Below are positions 1 through 15,118 of a stretch of DNA of 64,000 nucleotides, in pieces. The translations under genes were made by a program, and so were the position numbers. The number at the start of each line of letters is the position of its first letter. Position 1 is the stretch's first letter. The DNA is from Octopus sinensis (Eukaryota), in the NCBI RefSeq assembly GCF_006345805.1, contig NC_043003.1, positions 71,672,001 to 71,736,000 on the forward strand. The letters are read 5' to 3'. The notes beneath the pieces are model-generated. The model was not told the origin of the DNA. It worked only from the letters and a program-made list of their open reading frames with translations, and did no database searches.

Positions 1-466
1 TCATAGTTACTGAAGATCAAAGAAGTAATCAATGTGCATGATTCAACACTGTAACTGAAGATTGGTGCTTTTTGTTGACTATGATATAAACATGTTAAAT
101 AAGAAAAAGTGAGAGAACAAGAGGCTAACTAAGCAGAGTGATGTAGTTTCACAAGTAGTGATGAGCAGCTCTAGTCAGCCGTTGAATCTTTCTATTTTTT
201 ATAAACATAAACCAAATTTTCTAGAAACTTGTAACAAGCCTTTGAAGTTTGCCATATCATCATAACAAGCTAGCCAATGCCTCTTGGTTAAGCCATGTTT
301 GTGTAGGCATTAATGCTTTTCTATGTTAATACCGCTGGTCATGGCCCTGAGCTGTGAAAATTTGAGAGTGTTAGTTCAAAACTCAGCAGGATCCTCACTG
401 CATTCTTCTTCTTCTTCCTATTATTATTATTATTTTTATTATTATTATCATCATCATCATCATCAA

Positions 467-645
467 GGTGGTGAGCTGGCAGAATCATTGGTACACCGGG
501 CGAAACACTTAATGGTATTTTGTCTGTTGCTATGATGCTTAGTTCAAATTCTGCCAAGGTTGACTTTATCCTTTTATCCTCTTGGGGTTGATAAATTAAG
601 TACCCTCTCCCAAATTTCAGGCCCTGTGCCTTTAGGAGAAAGGAT
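467..645 (+). mobile_element. tRNA-derived SINE (called family B here), degenerate copy with GGCCCTGTGCC..AGAAAGG tail
   Basis: GGTGAGCTGGCAGAA head, GTTCAAATTC B-box, and GTTGACTTT..CCTTT.ATCCT..GGGGTTGATAAATTAAGTACC body shared with copies at 12481, 38979, 47480 and 48978. Confidence 0.8.
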
Positions 646-1696
646 TCTTCTTCGTCTTCTTCTTATTATTATTATTATTATCCTTATTATCATTATCATT
701 ATTAGTAGTAATAGTATTGTTTCTCAAATGCCACTGAAGTCAATTTTCATCTAATTGGGTTTAACAAAATAAGTACCAATCAAATACTGGAGATCAATGT
801 AATTGATGACTTCCTTCCCTTAAAATGTTAGGTCCCTTGTGCTTAAAGTAAGAAAGAATTATTACTATTATTATTATTATTATTATTAATATTATTTTGC
901 TTTGAGGAGAATGATTTTACATTTTAGCCCCAAACAGCAACAACTTTTTTCTATCATATATCATGCAATTAAACTTCTGTACAAAATAACAGAAATAGAT
1001 TTGCTCAAAGCTTATATAAGTTAGCAGCTAAAAATGTCAAGAAATTGACAGCATCACACACTACACTTCCAGCACATTGAACACGCCCAAATTCACTATT
1101 TTGCATAACCTATTAAACCACTTATTCTAAAAATCCTCTACTTTCACATACCATTCACCACTGTGTGTATTTATAATCTTTCATAATTTTAGAATAGCCA
1201 CTAAATTAGTGATCAAGTGACAAATTAATTATAGTATAAAGCAATCAAATGTTCTCACTTTATTGATGCTATTTTCCATTCATGATACATTTATTATTAA
1301 CTTAGAGTGGAAGAGTAGATCAAATTGTTAAATACTGAACAATTTAATCACTGACATAAACAGAAGTTTATTTTAACTTCAGAGGAAGAAAATTCCAGAT
1401 GAAAACTCAACTTGGACTCAAAAGTACTGGAAAGGATACCATATAATCAGTAATATAGATTATATATTTTTGAATCTCTTCTTTCTATTCCAGCTCCTTA
1501 TTGCAAATGCTAAACTTGTTGAGTGGTTATTCAAATAATTATGAAAGGCAAACAATTTGCATACTTGAATTTGTAGGTGTGATGAACCAATCATAATATT
1601 TTAATAAAGTTTCAAGAATGTAAAGAGAATAACACTTCTAAGACAATCCTGATAAATGTTAAACTGTACTACAGAATATGCCAATAATTTTATATA

Positions 1697-2568
<872 letters not shown>

Positions 2569-4426
2569 TATGATAAAACTTTATGGACAGAGAAAAGTGG
2601 GATCAATTGGATTAATATCAATTCTGCATTGAAATTTCATCAGTGACAATACTTCTTCAACTGTCCATTGGGATACTGCTACTATTACTGTTAATGAAGA
2701 TATTACATATAAAAGTTTTTTAAATTACTCTAAAAATACAGAGCTGGTTAAAACTTTGATATATTCTGTAGTACAGAACAGCATTGAGACAAACATTCAC
2801 ATACTAATAATTTAATCTTGATAGTTACAAATACCTTAACTTCTACACTAAAATTGTTGCCTATAATATACTTTTATTCTCATACAATCTGACACCCACT
2901 CTAACTCTTTCGACCACTGCTTTATTTTTGAATGTTTATCAAGGTCTTTGTTACATATTGATCTCTGATTTATGTATAGTGATATCAATATGGCTACAAT
3001 GCAGAATGATCCTATTCTGTATAAAGTTTTACTGTACTTTCTGAACAGATATTAAATATGATTTAGAGTTAATGTCAAGGAATGAACTAGCAGCATTGGT
3101 TACATGTTAAATAAAAAAAATTTTCACTGTGTAGTTGCTGTACATTTAGAGTTTAAATCTTACTGGGGCTGACTTTGTACTTTAATTCTCTAAACTGGTA
3201 TTTATTTTAACAAGAGTTAATTGAGTAATGGATTGTTTTGACTGGAGTGATAGTTTCAAGCTGTCCTCTGCTTTCACAAGACCACCTAGCCCTTTAGCAG
3301 TAACTGAAACACTCAAGCCTTAAGACTTTGTTAAAGAGAGCACTGCATGTAGCTGGGCCAGATCTTTGGTCTGAGAATGACTTCTTCACACCAGTCTTGA
3401 ACACCACGAAAATAAATATCGTCTTTTATCCTCTGACCAAATCATAAAAAAACAACTGTCTTAGACATTTCTTATTTTTGGCCAATGTAAGGATTCACTA
3501 TTAAAAGTTATAAAAACCTACACTCGACAATTTGAAGATGAAATAGTGTACAGCTGAAATTCCTACAATTTTAGCTGTACACTATTTTAACCAGCACAGA
3601 GAATTAAGTATGTATTATTAAAACAATAAATATTACACAAACCAAAACACATTCATCATATACTAAGTTAAAACACAATCAGTCATCCACAAATTCATTT
3701 ATAGTCAGAGAGAAACCTAATGCAACATAAACTACTGTGCATACAAAGTATGAGGATTTCAAAATGGAGACATTTTCAGCTGTTACCTTAAATGTCTATA
3801 GATTGTTTCAGCACATTACTCATCTGATTCCAGATGCTACAGTGATTATATACTTGATATAAAATATTGCGAATGGTAGAGTGGCAAAAACAGTGGACAA
3901 TTAGATAAAACAACACTATTTAGCTATATTCTTCTATGTTCTGAGTTGAAGCTCTCTGAGAGTCAAACAATCATGACCGTCTGTCCTCAAAACAAGCATC
4001 AAGTACGTTAAAAGTTCAAACCTACCTGAATACAATGTGCGACTTTATGTAAATTTATAGAAATGATAGAAAAGCAAGTTTGAAATGTCTAAATCAAAGA
4101 ACATTTTCAGTATAGAACTAAGGTGACTAAACCTATACTAGTCACTTAATTTTGTCTTTCTCACCAATAATTCTTCATTAAAACTCATTATAGTTCTCGC
4201 AATAACACTCTATATTCAAATGCTTGCAACACTGCTGTTACTGTTATGTCTGTGCAAATATCTACAAGAAAATTATTCACCACTTCTTGATATCTTTAAT
4301 ATAAAATTTTCTTATGTATCTTCATTTTATTCTATTTCATATGAGTAATACTTTTTACTTTAGCTATTCCAAAAGATCAATAAATTAGCTTTGATCCTGT
4401 CATCAAGCCATGAGCTATAAGCTTAC

Positions 4427-4441
4427 TCTTTTAACATCATG
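4427..4441 (-). other. candidate 15-nt microexon (CATGATGTTAAAAGA)
   Basis: On the minus strand: long pyrimidine tract ending TTTTTCATGTAG, then 15 nt, then GTAAGC. Splice signals only. Confidence 0.25.
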
Positions 4442-5269
4442 CTACATGAAAAACAATAAAACCAGATAAAAAAAAAAAGAAGTCATTGAGACATCAAAAG
4501 AAACAGAATCAAGAATAATTATTGGGCAGATCTGATGAAAAAGGGATGAACTGAGATACAGATTTCAAGAAATAAAGATTAATGGTATTATAAATTGTCT
4601 GCCAAAAGATGACCATTGATGTAGAAAGAACAGATGTTGGCGATTAAATGGCAAAAGATGAACAGTTTATAACGTTTACAGATAAACATCTTCTTAAATT
4701 GAGTTGGTGTCCTAGTTACAATCTAAGGAATTAAATTAGACTTTGGTAATGGAAGTGATAATACAAATTCTTATATTTGCTTTATAATTATTCTTCAAAA
4801 CACACAAAAACCTCAAGTTATCCTCATCATGGCAGTTTCTGAAGTTATCATTATCCTTACTATAACAACCCTAGTTTCATAATATACCTACAGTTAGGAT
4901 TCACATTTATCTCAGTAAAAAATAAGCTAACTATAGATACTTTCAAGTTTGTAATGTATTTACAGTAACTAGTAAGAAGTTCACAGAATGCTTTACAATG
5001 ATGGCACTCACATACTAGCTGTAGATAGGCAGAAGTACCATCAGAGGATAATACCATCTGTTATTTGTGAGTTTAGTTATTCATCTGACAATATACCCCT
5101 ATGGCACCACAGTGACAACTAAGTAGTGAAGACATAAGCACACAATTAGACATAAATACAGGTTGTTGAACATGCCACAAAATAATCTTATCAAAAATAA
5201 AAATAATAGCAAATAGTAAGTACAACAGGGACCTGCTACAATGAGGAAAATGGCTATGCACAATATGCT

Positions 5270-5460
5270 ATACTATTTCAGCGGTTTTTTTTTTCCTTGC
5301 CATTTTGGGATTTTTGTGGGAGTCAATGTAATGCTAAGTGCTTTTGTGAATTTGTTCATTCATGATGTGGTCCAAGGGCAAAATGTTGAAGATTTTAAAG
5401 CAGCATCTCATTTCCAATGGCTGTATCTTCTGCTGTACCTTGATAATGAGCTTCAAAACG
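5270..5460 (-). mobile_element. degraded RTE-clade LINE, C-terminal fragment
   Basis: Minus strand reads QQKIQPLEMRCCFKIFNILPLDHIMNEQI, resembling the RTE motif IQAxEMRCxRxIxxIxxxDHxxNEE. Confidence 0.55.
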
Positions 5461-6329
5461 TCATAAAAATATCATCAAAAATAGGCATAAGAAAGAACCA
5501 TGTACATACAAACCTTTAATGCTTACATGCCAGTTCCAAGAATGTATCTAATATGTAAATTGGTATATCCAATAACTTTATGGTGCCTATATAAGCAATG
5601 TGTTCAAAGACAGAAGTGGGTTAGATAGGTGCTGATGAAAGGGACCCCACCTCCGAAATATGGCATGTACAGTCATTATCCACTTTTGTCTCTGATTTTA
5701 TTGCTTGTTTATATTCGACATCTCAATACAAAATGTTGTAGCAAAAATCGGTACTGGCTATAGTTTCTATAGAATATCTCTAGAAACAACCTTAAAAATA
5801 AAGACATGCTTATTATACAGAGTAACTGAAATGTCAAGACAGAAAGGAAGGACAAGGTAACCAAGGGGGAAATTTATCAGTCTTTCATATAATGACACAA
5901 ATAAGAGGAGATTGTGCCTTTCTAACAATTATAACAACACAGTCTATCAAACATCCTTGGTAAGAACAAAGGATCCTGTATATAGTCCTAGCATGCTCCC
6001 ATCAAATCATATGACTGGACCAACTTTATCTTAGAACAAGGGTGGTACAAAATTCAAGTAAACAAATGAAAGTCAAAAACATTTTCAATAGCAGATATAG
6101 GTGATGATCATGATGTTGTGAGGATGAACAAGGTGCACTGAAGTGAAACAACAAGCCAAAAAACAGCTGGCTGAGATTCAACCTCACAAATCTTAAAGAC
6201 CTTATCTCTAAAGGAATTCAGGCAACACTTGATGGAAAATTTGCAGCACTACTCCCCCTTGAAAAAAACCTGAAGACTACAACCCACATGCTCAATGCTG
6301 TGATGATAGAGACAGCATGTGATGTTTTG

Positions 6330-6605
6330 AGGGAAATCTACATGAATTAAAACTGTGAATTACAAACAAAATATTGGACATGTGTGACAAAAGGAAATAA
6401 GGGAAATAAAACAATGATGGACAACTGAACAACATGAAAATACTGAAGACAGCCTTTCTAGCAACAACACAAAAATGACTTTGCAATTGGTAAAAGAGCT
6501 CACCAAAGCAAGACACCAAGAAGTGTTCACCAACAAACATAAAAAAAAAACAAACAATAAAAAATGATATGGTGGGCAGAGTATTGCTTGGAACTGTACA
6601 ACTTC
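6330..6605 (+). mobile_element. degraded RTE-clade LINE fragment (EN-RT linker)
   Basis: NNTKMTLQLVKELTK...WAEYCLELYN resembles the RTE linker NNSKxAYQLVKxLT...WxEYCxELYN. Confidence 0.55.
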
Positions 6606-6649
6606 CAGAGTAGTGTAGATCTGAGTGTACTGAATGTACAAGAATCCTC

Positions 6650-7130
6650 ACAATAGGTGGATAAGTGAAAGAAGTATAAAACTGTGATAGGAGAAAGTAT
6701 GGTTACAGCATCCAGGTGGTTCATTGACGAAATCATCATTACTAGTGTGTGATCAATACCAAACTCACAAAGCAGAACAACAAAGGAAAAACTTAAGCCA
6801 TTAAAGATTAATCAAGTATTTATCCTCACTGGTTTAACTGTGCAACTACAATGACAGGATGTTTCACTCAACAAGCATTCATATGTTTTATGTGAGAAGA
6901 TTGGAACAGGTAGATGACTACTAAAAATTTAGTGATAGGACAACTGGAGCGACCTTCTATATCAGTGTGTGAAGTCATTGTAGGCAGCTGTGAGGGTAAA
7001 AATAATAATAGTCAAGGTATTAAAAAAAGAAATGTGGAATTAGTACTGCAATGGATGGAACCAAAGATGATATGTATGAAGACAACAAAGATCAATAACA
7101 GCAGTGATGGTGATGTAGATAATAACAGTG
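6650..7130 (+). mobile_element. pogo-family DDE transposase remnant (C-terminal part)
   Basis: Frameshifted pieces SLLVCDQYQTHK, GLTVQLQxQDVSLNK, ERPSISVC and KCGISTAMDGTKDD are typical of the pogo/POGK-type DDE_1 C-terminus. Confidence 0.75.
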
Positions 7131-7502
7131 ATTGATGTGTTAATAAACATTATAGTTAATAGTCACTAAGCTGAACATGGTGTCTTCATCTGTATGTGAT
7201 AGTCTTCGGAAATATAATTTCGTATGAAAGATTAGACTTAAAGTAGAGAGGAGAGGGAAAAAAATATTGTAAATCATTATTATTAATAAAAGAAATCATT
7301 ATTGACTCTTTCTTTCACACATATAGTCTCCCTCTGAATGTTATGGGGTTGTAGGTGCACCATTAATTTTCACTGTGTATAGTAAGTATCAGTGAGCTAT
7401 AGAGGTAGTTAGAACTTGGTAATACCTTAAAAATATCTGCATTGTTAGTGAAATGTAAACTATCCCTAAATTAGGTATTCTTACAAAATAAATTTTAGGT
7501 AT

Positions 7503-7905
7503 ACTCTTTTACTTGTTTCAGTCATTTGACTGCAGCCATGCTGGAGCACCACCTTTAGTCGAGCAAATCGACCCCAGGACTTATTCTTTGTAAGCCTAGT
7601 ACTTATTCTATTGGTCTCTTTTGCTGAACCACTAAGTTACGTGGATGTAAACACACCAGCATTGGTTGTCAAGCGATGTTGTGTGTGTGGGGGAACAGAC
7701 ACACATATATATATATATATATATAATATATGCATATATATATGACGGGCTTGTTTCAGTTTCCGTCTACCAAATCCACTCACAAGGCTTTGGTAGGCCC
7801 GAGGCTATAGTAGAAGACACTTACCAAAGGTGCCACACAATGGAACTGAACCTGGAACCATGTAGTTCGTAAGCAAGCTACTTACCACATAGCCACTCCT
7901 ACGCC
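7503..7905 (-). mobile_element. tRNA-derived SINE (called family A here), full length
   Basis: Head GGCGTAGGAGTGGCTATGTGGTAAG..GGTTCAG, internal (TA)n tract, and tail GCTCCAGCATGGCTGCAGTCAAATGACTGAAACAAGTAAAAGAG. Homologous to copies at 21788, 25040, 28770 and 50057. Confidence 0.9.
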
Positions 7906-8790
7906 TATAAGTTCATAAATCATCAAAACAATTGCTAATTATAGTGTACACCTTATCACTTGTAGTACCTTATGAACTGGAAAATAACACTATGTATAAC
8001 TGTATGACTAAGATACAAATTTACTTTTCAAATTTGTTCCCTTTTAACTGTTTCAACACTAGCCTAGTTGAGGTTACCTCCTGATTAAATGTTGTAACAC
8101 TGTTCATATTAAAGTATTAATATCTTCCTTAAAACTTTCATGTTTTTCATGATTGTTAACATAAAATTAAAGGAGATAACAGCTCTATTACTGTCTCACA
8201 TGAGAAACTATTCTAAATATTAACTTAATACAAAGATATAGAAATATTAAAAAAAAACAGCTTCTTGTATAGGCCTGTAACATGATAGTAACAGCAGACT
8301 AATCTCCCTCAGATCCTATCCTGCTGTCTTAAAAAAGGATGAAAACATTGGACAAGGCCATCCTAAAAAAGATAGGATGGTCATATTTGGAACGTTTTTG
8401 CTTATGAGTTGACTCAGAGATAACCTGCAGCTAAACAGCACAACAAACAAGAGATATATAAACAATTACAGATACTTAAAGACACTCTTTTATAGATTCT
8501 TGATTATTTTGAAAATTAATTGTAGCCTAAACAGTGAATCAGTGTATTCTGGTATCAGTATGACCATACCTGGATTATACAACAATGATTCCTCACAATA
8601 TCTTTAATTTTCTGAATCCATTTACTTTAATTTCTCTCCCTCATTCCCTTCCCAGTTTGCTCTAACATCCTCAGTTGGTAACTTCTATGATTGAATCAAG
8701 TTAACCTAAGCCTTATGAGAGAAACTGGATAAATAGAAATAGTGTGGAAACTCATCAGAGGGTCTGCACTTATTTTTGGATGACAGACTA

Positions 8791-9843
8791 CCATAAAAAC
8801 CCATTTAATTTACACACTTCTTTTTGCAAAAATAAAAATAAACATTAGGGGCTGCGTAAATTACATGAGTAAATCATTTCCAAAATTTTTTTAGAAATTT
8901 CTTTGTTTAAAAAAGATGTACAAAATGTAAACATTTGCACTGGAAGTTGACTCATTTAATGTCAGAATAGGATTTCACAGAAAAAATATGGGCTTAAATA
9001 TAATGAAGTTGACTTTCATTTATGTTTTTATTTTTGTCTGTTTATTACTAAGCACAGTTTTAAGAAGTTTATCTATCGTACTGTTTACGCCAATTTCGAA
9101 CATTAGCTTCATTAACATTAAAATAACGTCTGGCAGCTCTATTGTCAAGTTCAAATGTATATTCAACATATCTAATTTCTCTTTCACAGTAAACAATTCA
9201 TAAGTTACGCCCATACTGACAATAATGGTAATAACAAATTTTAAAGTTTGCTTGAAATTTTGTAAGTGTGAACGGGATTAAAATTTCGATACTCCGTATC
9301 AAAGGTCCTGATCAGAATAAGTGGAAAAAAATGTTTACATAATCAGGTTGATCAGTCGCCTTCCTCTGTCGGTTAGCAAAGTGTCATACAAGCTGATGTT
9401 TATAGGTAATTAAACTTAATTTGCAACACCTGTGCATATTTATCAGCTTTGTTAGGAATTCTTAACTTTTCCTGTAATCATGATTTGAGAAGACATACAG
9501 TAGTATGATAAAGTTTGGACATAATCTCTTGTGGACAAGAAATGTAAAATAAAGATTATTATAAACAACACAAACATTTTGTAATTTAATAGCTTTCAAT
9601 GTGATACCTGTTAAACAGAAATTATTTTTATTTCATGAAAATTTAATAAGATCTAATTATAAGTAAGTGAAATTATGCTAAATACAACTAAATTGAAGAC
9701 CATTTTCTCCTGGCTATATCAGCAATTCTGAAAACTTTTGGGTGCAAATGTTACATGAGTAGAAGACTTTTTTAAAACAAATTTTACCCTGAAAATCATC
9801 TGTGTTAATTTCACAGGTGTGCAAGTTACATGGGTTTGTATGG
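8791..9843 (-). mobile_element. pogo-like non-autonomous element retaining the N-terminal HTH coding remnant
   Basis: TIRs CCATAAAAACCCATTTAATTTACAC / GTGCAAGTTACATGGGTTTGTATGG with TA on both sides. Minus strand 9075-9200 gives FTVKEKL, a frameshift, then YVEYTFELDNRAARRYFNVNEANVRNWRKQ (Brinker-type HTH of pogo transposases). Confidence 0.8.
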
Positions 9844-10060
9844 TAATTTGTTCCCTGGTTTGACACTATCTTTCTTTCAAGGAAAAGCAGGTAGGGGTAT
9901 TATAAAATTGAGTCCCTCACCAAAGCATTCAGGTTAGATCTCTGCCTCATGCAAGATAAACAATGGTTTTTTTGTTTCATTCTATCAAGACCCTGCAATA
10001 AAGATGAGTACCCTACCTTCTATGTCATAGGCACACATATACATACTCACATGCATATAT

Positions 10061-10119
<59 letters not shown>

Positions 10120-12442
10120 CATATATATATATATAGCTATACTAGCTATACTAGCTATACATATATATATGTAAAGTTATGAAGTCTATTTTCAATCATA
10201 TGGTTCTGAGTTATTCTTGGCAATGTACAATAATAATTTTACTTTATTTCTAAGTATTTAAAAGTTAAAATCTTTATATCTCAGTAACTGTATGATTGCA
10301 GCCAAACATTTAGCAATTCTCAAGACTATGATACTGGCTGGTCTTAAAATGAGAGAATATTGAAATGAATGACTGAATCTGATAATCTTCACAGAAAGGT
10401 TTGTGGTGGTGGTGGTGGTGGTGGTTGTCATCATCCTGTCATCATTGTTGTAATTTAACATTTGTCTTTGTCTGGAAAGTTCAATAAGATCTCAAGTCAA
10501 GAAGTTGCATTATGCTTCACTGTCTACTTTGGCATGGTTTCTATGATCAAATACCCTTCCTAATACCAACCATTTTACAGTGTAGTGGGTGCATTTTTAC
10601 ATGCTACTACCACTACCTCTGCTGAGCATGACGCCAAATTGCATCTCATGTAGGTCAATTCTGCTCAGATTAAATTATCTTGTATGATATGATTCAAATG
10701 TCTCTATAGTTTCCTCCTCTCTAAGGCATCACCTTTGCCCTTGTACCTTATCAGGTTAAACTTCTTTATAGGTCTCTTCATATATAATTACTTTGTTTCA
10801 TACAAACTGGTACACATAGCAGACTATAAACGTTATAAAAAAAAGTGTACAGCATCTAACAAAGGACAAATAAACATTCTAGGTTTCCCAATTTTCAGAA
10901 GGATTTTTGCAGGGGTCACATTCTGTAGTTTAGAAGTCAATGAAGACACAAAGAATAGTTTAAACTACATATAAATATGTACTGCATGAGAATTACAAAG
11001 ATATGGCAGAGAATAAAGTATGAAATTTAGTCAAGTAGTCATTCTTCAGGTATATCAGGCCTTTCTTCAACCAATCATACAAGATAACTTGAAAACATTT
11101 ATCATGGAAGAGTATCACAAAAACTACCTTTTAAAGTAGTTTTGAAACTTGAACTTAGAACCAAAAGATATAAAGTTCAATATGACATAAACTAAAGTAT
11201 TTAATCAGACAGGAAACAAGGGGCCCAATGACTCCAAGTTCATGGCCCTTTTTATGAAATAAGAGCAGTGACTATGATACCATTTTAAAGGGGCTCCAAG
11301 ACTGGTGGAAGAAATATTTTGCTATCTTCAGACTGAAGACCTGGTCCTAATACTGACGACAGAATAGAATCCAATAAAAGCACTCTAATATGTAAAAATA
11401 AAAATATATAGGAGGGGTGTTTGGTGTGATTAGTGTAAAATAACGTTTAATTGGATCACTGATAAAGAGCAGAACTTTAGATGCACCAACTAACAGCTTC
11501 AGCTGTATTGTTGTTTGCAATAAGTGCAGCTGTGATAGAAAAACCATTATTTTAAATTTCTAACTAAAATATAATTTCATTTAATTAGTTAATTACTTTT
11601 GTCAGGTCAATATAAATGTGCTGTAAAGCCATCCAGCTGAGACACTTAGATTGTATGTTTGGTCTCTGAAGATAGCAATTAGCAGAGTTATCAGGAAAAC
11701 ACAATTCCCTTCAGAGATAGAATTCATTTAAAAATTCTCTGTTTACCATTTATTGTCACAAAATAACCTGCTGCTTGCTGATTTCTAGCTTTTACTATAT
11801 ATTTATGAGCTGAGAAATTTTTTTCAAAGAACTCTATCTTCTGTAGAATTTCATTTTTTAAATTAATGGTTATTGCAAAGAAACATTCAAAGAGAAGAAA
11901 CTAAGTACGGTAAACAACAGTTACATATTCTAGTTCAGTGAACAGAACACATTATTGTCATTAATGCCAATTTAAATATTCAAGATGTTGGCAACGCTCA
12001 TGGGCAATAAATGGTTTAAATGTGAGTATAAGAATAAAGTCTGAATAAAGAAATTTGAAAGTCAACCAAAACCAAAAGTGGCTTTTTTTTTTATCATGCA
12101 AAAACACAATTTCCATTTCATTATGCCAAATATACAGCAAGTAGTAAAATTCTGGCACTATTTCAGATATTGCATTCTACCTTGGTTTTCTTATATAAAA
12201 AAAAAAATAATCATGAATTCCTTAAGAAATATTCATGATGAAATAGAGTGATTTAATCATAAGACAATTCACATATTTATTGATCCCAAACACTGGGATA
12301 ACAGAGTCTTCTATTTCATGATCAGCCCTAGTAAATAATTTCTCAGAATCTGGAATCAAAAACAGTTCAAGAACTTAAACATTTTTATGTTCAGTCTACT
12401 ATAATAGATAGAAGGACTATGTACTTAGTTTGTCAGTACAGC

Positions 12443-12479
<37 letters not shown>

Positions 12480-12480
12480 G

Positions 12481-12655
12481 TGGTGAGCTGGCAAAATTGC
12501 CCATTGTCCTGAGTTCAAATTCTGCCAAGGTTGACTTTGTCTTTCATCCTTTCAGGGTTGATAAATTAAGTACCAGTGAAACACTAGGGTCAATGTAATC
12601 AACTAGTCTCCTCCCTCCAAATTTCAGGCCTTGAGCCTATAGTATAAAGGATTAT
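12481..12655 (+). mobile_element. SINE family B copy with (ATT)n tail
   Basis: Same body as the 467 copy; tail CAAATTTCAGGCCTTGAGCCTATAGTATAAAGG followed by (ATT)n. Confidence 0.8.
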
Positions 12656-14743
12656 TATTATTATTATTTTACTACTACTACTACTACTCCCACCACTACC
12701 GCAAGATCATTGAGCCCTATGCTCAACTGGTATTTATCTTATTGATCCCCCAAAAATGAAAGATAAAGTTGAGCTTGCTCAAATTCCATCAAGGTTTACT
12801 GCCTTTCACCCTTTTGGGTTTGATAAAATAGAACCAGTCCAGGACTGGGTTCAAAGTAATTGCTTAGCCCCCATTAAAGTATCCAGGCCTTATTATTATT
12901 TATTATTATTATTATTATTAATATCATCATCATTATTATTGCAAAGAAATAACCTATATGGCACAACAGTAGTGAATTATAAACAAATTATGAGTATAAA
13001 ATGAGAAAATAATAATATATATCTAATAAAAATAATGAAGTTGAAGTGATTAAGACTATTATTACATTCTGCTCATATCTCAACATAGAAAACTCTACTT
13101 AATAGCTAGAATAATTCAACAATTGCATTTGTAACATTCCATGCAGTTATGCTATAGTTTATAGGGTAACTTGCAAAGATTAGAATCACAGAGCAAACAT
13201 TTTTTTTCACAGTTGAAACAATGAAGTCAAGAATGACAGGACATGCATATAATGAAAATGAAAACTCTTGTAACAATGGAGGAAAATTTAATTGAAGTGA
13301 AGAAATCACTGTATTGATAAAAAAAAAAAAAGCCCTGTGATTAGAAGAAGGTTTTTTACTAATACAATTCCCAGTGTAGCTGATCTAGAACCTACTGTAG
13401 ACAGTTAGCGAACTGACGTATTGTAGAATAGAGTGATCTCTCAAAATACAGCTATTTGTGGATTTGAACTAACAACTTGTAAGCAGGTAAATCAATTTTT
13501 TATCCACTCAGCCAAATCATCACTATATTATAGTGACTTTTTAAAAATTTGTCATATATATTGTTTTTTAAACAATATTTATATATAACAAATTAATTGC
13601 TAAAGTTTAAAATTATATTGGACATTATAATTACAATCATTTAAAACAAGAAAAGAACCACAGTGATAATAAGATTCAAAAGGAATAACCATTTCATGAT
13701 GGATTACCATGTTACTGATGATGACGCTACAAAATGCCAGTCTTTCTCTGTCATTAAGTACTATAAACAATTTTAATGGTTTTAACTGTATTACTCTATT
13801 CTTTTATTCTTTTACTTGTTTCAGTCATGCTGGAGTACTGCCTCAATAATTCATCAATTTCTAGGTAAGACTTATTTCAGTGTACACGTTGCTATTTTCT
13901 ACCATCTTTCTTGAGATACATTTTTTTAACAGAATTTAAAGAAAATAACATCTTTATTTTTCCTTCGATGTAAAAGTATCAGTAAACCTTGTGCCCTAAG
14001 GGTTAAGTATTAGAAAAATTAAGGGAGTATAAGGTTATGTGCACTTTTGAAACTATAGATTTAAGACTTTCTTTTTTGTTGTTGTTTTATAATATTTATT
14101 TAGTTTTTGATATTTTTAATATTTTTGATATTTAATATTTTTAATATTTAATATTTAGTTTTTAAATATTTATTTGTATGGTTTCATTATTATTCCTAAC
14201 TGTTTTATAAATTTATATGTTAGCAAAGTTAAACGCAGACATTAACTATAGTAATCATTCATTTTGTAAATGGTTAATCATTTCTTTTTTTTTCAGTATT
14301 CAAAGCCATTCATTAATACTCTTGTTATGTATTCATCAATTTCTGGGTACTAGTATCTTTTGGTTTGTTTATTTAATGTTTGGCTGTTAAGAATCTTTTC
14401 CCATACTGCTGCAACTAATTCACTGATCTCTACATTGTGAATAAATCACAGGAATATGGGTAAAGATGTTGGTACAAACGAACTGATAATGAAATAACAG
14501 AGAAGTTAATAATAATCTGAATGAGAAAATATTTTTATCATTGTTAAAAATGACTCTCCTAAAATATATCTATTTTAACAAACAATTTCAATCAAATGCA
14601 AACAAAAGAGAAATGCTACATAAAGATACTCAGATAAAATTGTCAGTTAAATATAGTGCAGTAGTTGGATAGAATATTTTTTTTTCATTAAAATACAAAT
14701 AATTAATGTCGGTATAGATCCATTTAAACTATATTCGTTTTAA

Positions 14744-14944
14744 CCATTTAACATTCAAATTACACTGTCAAAATAATGTTTTGAATTAATCATGCATTAT
14801 CTCATAGCTTCGAGATTTGGAGATGTGATTGTTTGGTTTTAGAATGACATTGTAGGAGAGATGTGAGAAATCAGATCTGGCCAGTTTAGACACCAAACAG
14901 GTAGAATATTTGAGTCAGATATGTCTGGTTTAAATGCTAAAGAG
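14744..14944. mobile_element. piggyBac-type MITE
   Basis: TTAA on both sides; imperfect TIRs CCATTTAACATT / AATGCTAAAGAG. Confidence 0.65.
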
Positions 14945-15118
14945 TTAAATATTATATACTTACTCTTAGCTAATTCTTTTTTCAAACTATAATGATTTGG
15001 AAGCTTGGAGCATATTTGTATAACATTACCCTAAAGAGAGAATGAATCTTTATCTACAGGAAGGAAGAAACTCAGCACTGCATATCAATAAATGATTTGT
15101 TAAATCTAGAATAGATTT

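Noticed and set aside
13455-13520. tRNA-like A and B boxes on the minus strand (also in all SINE heads)
   Set aside because: No cloverleaf or acceptor stem; these are decayed SINE heads, not tRNA genes
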